Shown here in pieces: positions 52,634-63,000 of a DNA stretch of 64,000 nt; position 1 is the first letter of the stretch, and each line of letters begins with the position of its first letter. Below the pieces are notes generated by a model. It did no database searches, was not told the origin of the DNA, and worked only from the letters and a program-made list of their open reading frames with translations. Made by a program: the position numbers and the translations under genes. The stretch covers positions 20,212,001 to 20,276,000 of the forward strand of contig OZ286476.1 of assembly GCA_965644265.1 (NCBI GenBank). The letters run 5' to 3'. Origin of the DNA: Glycera tridactyla. Taxonomy: Eukaryota.

Positions 52634-54027
52634 TTACTTGTATTTCAGTATACTTAGTCATCCACCATTCTGTATTGGGGGACTAGGCCTCCAGCTTGTC
52701 TTCTTACTGTAGGAATGTCTGTCATCATTCGATCTTACAGTCACTAACACTAGCATAAATCTGCATGTAAAGTTCTGGCCAAATACGTCTTAACAATACC
52801 AGCTGTTCTCACATGACATTTCCCCCTTTTTGACATCATGATTATTGCTTATACATTTGGTGATTTATCAAAAAGACGTCAAAATGGAGTTTAATTTTGG
52901 ATAAATAGTTTCAAATTAGCCGAGGTACTCCAATATGTTGTTGCTTCAAGAATCTTCAGAGAGTTTGAAGTACCAACATGAAAGAAACCAAATTTGACCC
53001 GAGAGTCATGGCTTGCCGTCAAACATGAATGTTATCATGGGCTAAATGAACAATACATACTGCAGATTGACTTATATTCGCATGACCTGAAGGAACTCTT
53101 GCATAGATGTTTAGTGGCATTTCAGAGCTTCTATGGCGGTAATGCTTGATGTTAATCTAACCAGTTACTCATAGTATTAAGTCATCATTTCTCTTTTCAG
53201 ATGCAGTTCACTTGTTGATGCTTGATCAATGTTTCTATGCCTGTTGTGCATCTTGGTTTCAATTAAAATGCTGTTTGATCAGGGTATTTAGTCAAATTGC
53301 ACAAAAATGTCAGTATATTGTGCAGGAATTGTTGGTTTAATTCTTTTCACAGGATATCTAGGCAATGCGAATACTTGTTTGGATTTATGGTCTTGAACAT
53401 TTGAATTTGTGCGAGGTTTTTCAGTGATTCCCTATACTTATATTCTTGCAGCCGTTTTTGTCATCATTCTCAGCCTTTAATCTTTGAATCTTCTGAATCC
53501 ATTTTGAAAGAATCCATTTTATCATATATTTGTTCTACTCAAACATTCCATGTTGTCATGGATTGTTATGCAGCAGTGAGCAAATGTTAATTATGAAATA
53601 GTTGGCAGCAAACATGTTGCTTTGTTCTGTATCAGATAGCTGAATGTTGTATCTCAGACAAGAACCTTACTCTTTATTTGTAAATTGCTGCCTAAAGATT
53701 TTTTGGGTCAAAGAATGATATAGATCATGAAGCATCAAATTATGCAAAATGATGCAAAAATCATATGTTTTTTTAAGGGTTGGCTTAGTTCTGTTGGGAT
53801 ATAATCCATCCCAGCATATGTGCATGGCGTCCCACTCAGGGTTGAAAAGCTCCCCATTGCAACACAAACCAACAGTTTTGAAAGTTCTTTCATCATTGTC
53901 TGTACTGTGGGATGAAAGCCAAGCTGCAACTATTACTTAAAGATGGTCATATGCTTGACTGGTATCATGGGATCCTTGTATCTGTTTCCAGTTACATTGT
54001 CCTGATTTCCATAATTGTCCTTTACAG

Positions 54028-54300
54028 AGGAGAAAACCATCTTCACCAAGCCACTAACTGAGCAGACCGTTGTCGAGAAGGAAACTGCCACCTTCGAGTG
54101 CGAGGTTTCCAAACCCAAGAAGGTTGTTAAGTGGTACCGTAACGGTAAGGAGATCAGCAAAACTGACAAACGCTACGAGATCATCGTTGATGGATGCAAA
54201 CATCTTATCAAGGTCAAAAACTGCACCCTTGAGGACACCGATGCAGAGTTTACGGCCAAGATCGAAGATGCTGAGACCTCAGCCCCTCTCAAGGTCGAAG
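54028..54300 (+). CDS. Ig exon (EEKTIF...PLKVE), 273 nt
   Basis: ttacag acceptor, G|gtgtgt donor. Confidence 0.92.
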
Positions 54301-54534
54301 GTGTGTGAGGAGTGTCACCGTTATGTCTGTGTCATCTTTTGTTTCATCACGGCTTTTGTCTCATTTATTTGTTGGCACATCTGCTTCGTAAAACGCCTTC
54401 TTTAGTTGCATTATAGATCAGTCTTATTTTTCTACAAATTCATTGGTGCCATTCAATGGGATTTGTAGATGCTTCTTTTGTTTATTTATAAGCCCTGCTT
54501 CATGTATTCAGTTGAATTCAGTTTTGTCTTTTGA

Positions 54535-54750
54535 GTTTAGCCAAGATATATATGTTCCCTCGTTCATGTATATTTTGTTCATCTCTCTGTATTTATTTCC
54601 GTTGTGGTCTGTCTCTTCAGTTTAGTCAAGATATATATGTGCTTCCTCCATCATGTATATTTTGTTCATCTTTGATTTATCAGTAACCCTGCTTTGTGTA
54701 TTTATTTCTGTTGTGGTCCATCTCTTCAGTTTAGTCAAGATATGTATGTG
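54535..54750 (+). repeat. Degenerate ~85-105-bp tandem repeat, about 2.5 copies
   Basis: agtttag(c/t)caagatat...atgtatattttgttcatct recurs. Confidence 0.75.
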
Positions 54751-55816
54751 TCACTTTTTTGGTTTTCTCATTTGAAACAGCATTCGGTGCTGTTGCCCTT
54801 TTGTTTGAGCAATTTTCAGTTCACTTCATGTCTGCATTCGTATCCAGTATTACTTTATGTTCACTTGTGCTGTCCTGTTGAATGCATTTTTTCTTATGTC
54901 ACTCAATGTCCATTGAATTTGTTGCCGGACTTCAGTGAGAGATTATGGATACCAGAACCCCCTGATTTTTTTAGATAACCTTTCAACCCATCTTTATATG
55001 TATCACCTCATCATGAGATATCATGTAGCTTATCCAGACAACCCCTCAAGATTTCATGATTCCTCATATGCATATAGTATGGATCAATCCTGCGATTGAA
55101 AATGGATAACACAAAACTTTCTAGAATTTTGATAACACAAAACTTTCTAGAATTTCAAGATAGTATAAGTTCATGGTAGTCCTATATAAACTGAAAAGAA
55201 GGATACATTCAAAAATCATGTATTTTTAGACAAAATTTAAGTAGGTATTCCCAGTTGGCAAAACTGAATACTCATACATATTTTTGTTGCTGTCAGCCAT
55301 CAGCAAAATGAGTTGATCGTATTGAATTTGGGTATATCTCATATATTCTGATTAAGGGTGGTAAAAATATGTTTCTTCATATTCCTGTTAGTGAAGCCTA
55401 TGTATTGAAGAGCTTGCTAGATGCCAGGGCAATTTCCATGTTATTGATAATCTGTCTATCCTGTACAATTCACTATGGAGACACCAGCCATACATATCCA
55501 ATAATGGATGGTCAGGCAAGCAATAATGTAGAAAGGCAATAGACAAGGGATGATTGAAAGTGGACTCTCCATTCACTCGCTTGAATTCATACAAATGTAG
55601 GCATTTGTCATCAGGCTACTTAACATAATCATAAAATCATAAGTAGATAGCTTTTGTACCACACAAATGTCAGGTTCTATCCAGTGCAGAAATGCTATGT
55701 TTCCATTCTCCTTTTCAGCACAACATCGGACATCTCGTGATTCTATTCATTTTGTTTTATTCATTTTGTTTTATTAGCCTTATTAAAATCTTTTGTTGGT
55801 ATTATCGTTGTTCCAG

Positions 55817-55947
55817 AGGAGCCAGTTGCTTTCTTGAAGCCCCTTCAGGAGAAGAAGTGCAAGGAGCATGAGGAAGTCTTCTTCGAATGCACGCTCAGCA
55901 AGCCAAACAAGAAGGTCACGTGGTTCAAGAACGGACAGGAGATCACG
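55817..55947 (+). CDS. N-terminal half of a split Ig domain (EEPVAF...WFKNGQEIT), 131 nt, phase 1-0
   Basis: ttccag acceptor, ACG|gtcagt donor; Ig similarity stops at the donor. Confidence 0.88.
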
Positions 55948-56392
55948 GTCAGTGGATTCATTCATTCAGGCAATTCTCCATTTAGCACCTTTTTCACGTT
56001 TTTCAAAAGTCTCAACAATGTGATGGGCTTCCCCCGACATCATTTAGACCTGAAAGTGATTATAATAAACACACGATTTGTGAATATGTAGAGCATGCTG
56101 GATGCATTCACTGGGGTTTTACACGGTTTGGTGCACAATAATTGGCCAAGTTATACCTTGGTCAAGTTCAATATTTCAGCATTGTTGGCCATCTGTTGAT
56201 CCTGTACATGTAATTTGTAGCCACCAGCTATATATTCACGTGGAACTTCCTCTATCAGGTGGCAGCTCCTTCAGTGACCTAAGAAAGGGATAGGAACAGT
56301 TATGCAAGTTTTCAAGTTTTCCTGAATTAAGGAAATTTGTCACAAAATTTGAAATCCAAGATCAAGTTTCAAATCTGGTGTTTTTGGAAGTA

Positions 56393-56415
56393 GGGGGGGG
56401 GGGGGGGGGGGGGGA
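56393..56415 (+). repeat. G23 homopolymer (another G-run near 47397-47411)
   Basis: Direct reading. Confidence 0.9.
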
Positions 56416-57389
56416 GTTTCAGGAAATTTGGTCAGGTTTCAGGAAACTCTGTTTTAGTGCACTTGCATCACTGTGGGAATGATGTCATCAACAGGCAAAG
56501 ACCAGCGTGGGAGTACATCCACAAATTATCAATGATCTGTCAACGGGGTCACCAGCCAAACTTGTGATTTTTAGCAATTACTGGGTAACAGATACTGGTT
56601 GACCATTCATATTCTACCTGCACCATTCCACAGAACTGTATAATGTGTGCTTCTCACAAAGGAGGCACAACAGTGTAGAGGTAACTGAGTGGAACCCCCG
56701 CACCAGCCAAAAGTGTGCAAGAATACTCAGCTATAGACTGTGATGGCAACTACAGAATGTTCAGCCCATGCAATTAAGTCTACTTCTGTGTAGTAGTGAG
56801 TTCAGCTTGATTAGGCTGGCCGAGGGAAGAAAATATGATGTGCACATCTGAGAGATAACAGATGAGAGCTCCACGTTGACATCATGAGTAGCAATCCTGC
56901 TGGGTGCCAGGTACGATGTCCAGTGTAGTTGCAGCTAACAATCACAAGTATTTCATCATAGAAATGGGGTTCTCACTCTTTCTGACACACTCGTTAGGGA
57001 TTCAGCAAAATTTTCTTTGTTCACCAAACTGAACAACCTGAAGTCGGAGCTAAATTCGGCCTCTGTTCGCTATCTTTGAATACAGAAATGACAATGACAA
57101 TTCTTTTATTGGTGAAAACTGCATAAGTACATGGAAAATAATGCCATACTTCATCATGGGATCCGACACCATGGTCTTCTTGGCACATTAGTTAGACCGA
57201 AGTAAAGATTCCTTCAATTTTGGTCTCCCTTCTTCAGGGGTCTGAAATATGAAGTGCCTGAAACCCGACCTGGTATCTCTTTGATGACCTGTCCAACTCC
57301 GCAGTGGTTTTTGTGGTTCTGTTGCGGTGGTCATTGAGCTGGATTAGTGTGGTCTCATCTTTCTTATCATGATTCTCCACATATTCTTT

Positions 57390-57750
57390 GTTCAACCCAG
57401 TGCATGCCGACTGGGATATCAAAAGTTGTCATGTGTATGGGAGTCTATTCCTGTATGCACATAAAAGAACCACTGCTGTCCTTTGCAAAGATAAGGGGGT
57501 TGCCCGGGCAGCAGTGCCTCCATTCTTCAGCTTTTTCAGTTTTCCAGTCTGATATGACCCGAGAAGGTTGGAAGGGTGTTAATTAAACAAACAAACCTCG
57601 CTGATGCGGTATCTTTTAACTTGCCCCCGGCACAGTGCTCCTTTCTTCAGCATTTACATTTTTTAATTGTATTTTTTTGTAATAATCAGTCCAATATGAC
57701 CATTTAGGTGTTGAGAGGACGTTAAACAAAAATCAATCAATCAATCAATC
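57390..57750 (+). mobile_element. SINE remnant with duplicated 3-prime end and (AAAC)n / (AATC)n tails, Nin/Deu-domain-like by recall
   Basis: ccgactgggatatcaaaag...gcacataaaagaacc core-like motifs; tails gttaattaaacaaacaaac and gacgttaaacaaaaatcaatcaatc; family assignment from memory, not searched. Confidence 0.5.
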
Positions 57751-57763
57751 TTTTAACTTGCAG

Positions 57764-57899
57764 GTTGATGAGAGGTTTACCATCATCGCCGACAAGCAGA
57801 AGCACAAACTGGTCATCAAGGATGCTCATCTGGACGACACCGCTGAATACACCATTAAGGTGGAGGAGATTCAGTCATCTGCCAAGCTGACAGTCGAAG
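57764..57899 (+). CDS. C-terminal half of the split Ig domain (VDERFTIIADKQKH...KLTVE), 136 nt, phase 0-1; absent from ORF track
   Basis: ttgcag acceptor, G|gtgagt donor; hand translation completes the 55817 half to an 89-codon I-set domain. Confidence 0.88.
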
Positions 57900-58380
57900 G
57901 TGAGTACATTCCACAGATCTACAATGAGTGACCACTCAAAATGACGCCAAATAGTGTCGCACCACGTCTCTGAGACGTCATTGGTTCATTGTCCCTCTCC
58001 AAGATGTTTTGGTATCACCATTTCACCAAACAATGCATTGTTAGGTGAAAACTTAACAGGATTCATTTGGTGATGCGAGAATTCAGTTTCTTGCCTGCTG
58101 TCATGCTGATCAGGTGTCTGCATCCCGAGTTCCCCTTGTACGGAAGAGAATTAATGTGATATGTTGTCTCTCTATTGGTAGAAGTGCCCCCCTGATGAGG
58201 GAGCACCTTTGTAGGACAATGAAACCAGTGGTGAGAGACTGCCATAAATGTCACTGAAGAGTAGTCTCTCGTCGAAGAAATATCAGACCGTGTCAGAGGG
58301 TAACCAATATTTGGTGACATATAAGGCGTCTCTTTGCAGGATTCACTGTAACAACAATTAAAATATCGATAATGGTAATA

Positions 58381-58558
58381 CAGTGAAACCTGTCTTGGGA
58401 GACCCCTCTTTTGGGAGACCACCCTCTAATAGGAGACTGCTCTTTATCGGCTCTCCTCTATTTGATATAGTTAAATATACCTCCAATGAGAGATCACCTG
58501 TCTCGAGAGACCACTTTTCGTTGGCATTTGGGGCGGTCTCCCAAGACAGGTTTTACTG
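58381..58558. mobile_element. TA-flanked MITE, same superfamily
   Basis: TA|cagtgaaacctgtcttgggagacc ... ggtctcccaagacaggttttactg|TA; 24-bp TIR with 1 mismatch. Confidence 0.85.
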
Positions 58559-58745
58559 TAATAATAATGATAATATCGATGATAATAGTTATCATAATGA
58601 AATTGATGATGATGATAGTTATAACAAACATTTATTTATTCATGCAGTGTACATGACACCAGGGCTTGTATTCATCCTTCATATGATCCAGTGTTGTATA
58701 AAGAGATGTTAATCATCAGTCAATCAATCAATCAATCATTTGCAG

Positions 58746-59012
58746 AGCTGCCCTTGTCAATCGTCACGCCACTGAAGGATATCCGCTGCATGGAGAAAGA
58801 TCGCGTCACATTCGTGTGCGAATTGAGCAAAGCCGATATCAAGGTCAAGTGGATGAAGAAGGGCAAAGAGATCAAGCCTGGCAAGGACTTTGAGATTACC
58901 TCAGATGGTACCAAGTACTTCCTGACGATCCCCTCCACCAGTCTGAACGACGTCTCTGAGTACACAATTGTAGCGGAGAAGCTCAAATCTTCAGCCAATC
59001 TTATTGTTGATG
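58746..59012 (+). CDS. Ig exon (ELPLSIVTPL...NLIVD), 267 nt
   Basis: ttgcag acceptor, G|gtaagt donor. Confidence 0.92.
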
Positions 59013-60063
59013 GTAAGTCAGCTCATCTATTTTTTACATCACTGCATGTCGTGAACAATATTTAATTCAGATTACATCTTACACTTAATTGCCTGCTTCG
59101 AATATTACCTAGGTGTCCACAGTTTGCTGAAGGCTTTCAAACAGTTTTGTAGGATGTTTGAGCAGACTTGAATTTCAAATTTGCCAGGTCATGCCCTACT
59201 AGGTGATCCTACAGTTAAGGATCATGATGTAGCCTTGCTGGAGGATTTTAAATTGATTTGAGGCAAATTAATTTGGATGTATAATCATCAGTGAATTACT
59301 CAGAGCTGACATGTTCCACAACCTGGTGTATAATACCACGTGTTTAAAAAGGAATACTTCCATTTCCATGACAATTGAGGCTGACTAAAAAGCAGGGCCT
59401 TCAATTTATTGAGCCTGTTTGCCAAATTGTGCACCATTCTTTTGATGTTTTTTGAGAATCTTTTTGAAGACATACAACACAGAGTTAATATACTACTGGC
59501 AAATGAAGTACTTCTGCCTCACCTAATAGTCCACCATCTGTTGTCAAATTGCATGATCAGCTTTCTTTTATGTTTTCTGTAGCATGAGTTTGATGTAGTT
59601 TGAGTACCAGTGCATGTTACTTTATCATCTCTTTGAATTGTGATCTCTTGAAAACTAATTCAGAGGTTTTCATTATTCTCGAAGATCAATGCATATTGCT
59701 TTGACCTTTAATCTCCTGCCCCCCTCAGGTGAGGTATGTGAGGCTCAGCATCTTCTGAATGAAGATGTAAATCTTCCAAGTCAATCAATCAATCAATCAA
59801 TTTATCAGTAAATGATGATCGTATGGCATGATTTCACAGAGATGATATTGTTTGAAGTGTTTCTAATATTTTCATGCATGTGTTACTACTTGTTTCCTGG
59901 GATTGCGTTTTTTCTCTGAGGATCTTGATATTCCGGCAGTTGATTCTGCCAAGATATCCCATTCTCGAAGAAAATGTGAAATCTCAACATTCAAAGGCTA
60001 GCAAGGGTAATCATAGTGAGTTGATTGTTTGGATTTTGCTAACAGCATGCTTTGATATTGCAG

Positions 60064-63000
60064 GACCTGTTCCAGCTCAGACCAGTGTTATTGTTCCACG
60101 CGTGTTCTGCACTAATCCTATACATGACCTTGAAGATGACCCTGACCTTGGGAGGAGGGAAGTTTCGACGAGGAAAACAAAGCATTCAGCTGATTCACAA
60201 ACACAAACCGAAACTCCAACGCTCACAGCAGAATCAGAGGGTCAGGAAGATCTCCCTGAGACAACAATCTCTGTTCTTACCTTCTTTGATAATAGACTTG
60301 AAGAGTGCATAACTGATATCACTAGTTCAGATTTAGAGAGTCCAGTATTTGATGAAAATGTATCAGCAGGTGAATTTGATTGCTACAGCGTGGATGAATC
60401 AATCGTGAGCAATAAAAGCACTGTATCGGGTGATGGGATTCGAGAAAAACGTGATTCAGGCTATCGTTCCCTCAGTTTCCAAAGTCACGGTTCTGAAGAG
60501 GACTCATTTACAAATGGCAATAATAGCAACAATACGCAGAATATCGGTGAATTGTTTGAACACAGACTTGATGATATGATGCCAGACCAACCAGAACACT
60601 TATTGAGTCATTCGGATAATGAATCAGGATTTGTTACAGACAGTCATAGCCTTGAAAATAGTACAGTTTGTTCAGAATCATTACCAAGTGACACTTCTCA
60701 ACCTAATGATGTAGATATATGTGGTGCGGATAAGCAAAGTATCTCAATCAGCAGTCCTTTCCATGATCAAGATGAACTTCCACACTTGCAAAATAGGAAT
60801 TTGAGCCACAATCAGTCTGAATTTATCATTGCGACAGCTTATAATGATGAGTATGAGGCCATTATAATTGAGACCAGTTCAGATTGTGAAGAAATATCAG
60901 AAGAGCCTAATTCTCAAACTGAAATCATAACTGTTGATGTTGACGATGATGATGTCCAGAGTGAGACATCAACAGAAACTGAGGAAGTGAGTGAGTTACA
61001 GGATGGATTCATGATTTCTGACACAATCCCTGAGATTATGGTCACATCATGTGATACACCACATGACATACTGCATGATCTGTCACATGATCGATCACAT
61101 GACACGTCACATGACCTGTCACATGACCCATCATATCCATCACATGACACACCACATGACTCACCAGGTGATGGTGTACTTGCTGCATCGCAAGTTCAAT
61201 ATGAAGAACCTCATGGCCCATCGACTGGTTCGTGTGAGGATTCCAGGATAGAAGATGCTGAAATTTCAGTTGATGATGATATACTCCCTGTGAGTTTTTC
61301 TTATTTGGCCAGTCCTCCGAAGGATACTACAATCCTGCAGGATAGTGTGATCATCTCAGAGGATGAAACAAATCCATCTTCTCAGATGCAATCAGAACGC
61401 TTAGACGTTGTACAGGAAATTCTGCCTGATTCAAGGAAAGATGTTGTATCATCAGTGCTATCTGATGAATTGGAAATATATGCTTCCCAACTGAGTAGTT
61501 CCATCACTGAGTCTGCAGTGCATGAAACCCACATTATATCTTCATACATGATTGAGTCAAATTTGCATGAGAGAGACAGAAAACCTGTAGATAGCTTTGA
61601 TGATTGTTGCAATGGTAGAGAGGATGTCCCCATTTCTGTAGATGTTGCCATTGACAATTCAGTCAGTTTTGAAGCCACCCTTTCTGGAGATGGAGAGGTG
61701 GAATCCTCATCTGATAATCGAGAAAATTTATTCAGTAAGTCACAAGAACATGAATCGGATCAAGATAATACAGAGGAAAGCCAATTCGATCACTCCCTTT
61801 TAGAATCATCTAGTTTGGACACTGTAGAAGAAAGCCCACATGATGTGGATTTCCAGAGTCAGTCAAAAGAACCTAATTATGAGCAAGAACACATTGAAGT
61901 AATCCAAAAGGTTAGTCATTTGGTAGAATCATCCCATGACTGTGAGAATGTTCAGAAGAAAATACAGCAATCAGAGTCATCAAGTTTGTCAGAAGAGCCA
62001 GAATCTGAGCAAGAGGTGACCCGTAAAGATGACTCTTTTGAGGTAATAGCCAATGTTTCTGACAAGATATATGCGGCCGCACACGGGGTAGACTCATTTG
62101 TTGATCCTGAGGAGGCTGCGTATGAGCAAGATATGGTACAGGATGATGATGAACAAATAGAAGCGTCATTAGATGCAATTAATGAGTACCTTCTCACAGA
62201 ACATACTAGGGCTATCCAAATTAAGGAAAAGCAATCTCATGATCTGGAAATTAACCAGGTAGAAATCACACTTCCATCTGATGTACCAAACAGGCTGCCT
62301 AATAATGGTTTTGGACAAAGTTCAGATGAGATGATTGAGGAGTCTGAAGCCTTCGTGAAATCAAGTTCTGAACTTGTTGATTTACCAGGGGGAACATGTA
62401 GATCAGACGACATTAGTCATCCATGCAAGACTGAGTTTGAGCTCACTGCGAGTGATGCAAGCAATGGGAATGATTGCTTGGAGCCGTCCCCATATGACCT
62501 TGATGAAGGACAAGAAGAGACATTAGAATCCTTGAGCCAAGATGATGTTCATGAAGTCACTCAGGGAGATAGCTATCTAGTGGAATCATCCACTGGTGCA
62601 CTTGAAGTACCAGAAATAGCTGATGAATTAGAGACTTTGAGACAGAGAAAAGAATCTGATCTCGAGCCACTGAAACCGGAGACGGATGTACTCGTAGATA
62701 CACCTATTGATTCTGATAATGTAGAAAAGAAAGCATATAAATTCAATTCCTTGCCAGAATCACATGAGATTTATACTCCAGAAGGTTTTGAGAATCAGAG
62801 TGGTGAGATTCCGATGGAATCATCTTTGAGTTTTGAGAATATACAAGAAAGACCGTCTCTACAGTCTGTTCCGCATAATGATTCTGGAGATGAAACTGAT
62901 GAATTTCAAGAGCAGCTCTCCCTCAATGTTGAGACTGTGTATGAGAAAAAAATTTGGACTGATCCTGTGACTCTGACAAAAGAATCTCATTCTGAACATA

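Noticed and set aside
2358-59065. Met starts and stops shown by the ORF track around each Ig exon
   Set aside because: They lie in intronic flanks (many are TTG/GTG); real boundaries are the AG/GT sites
59940-60006. Possible exon ending AAG G|gtaatc just before the second giant exon
   Set aside because: No phase-1 acceptor in frame, and it would leave only a 57-nt intron
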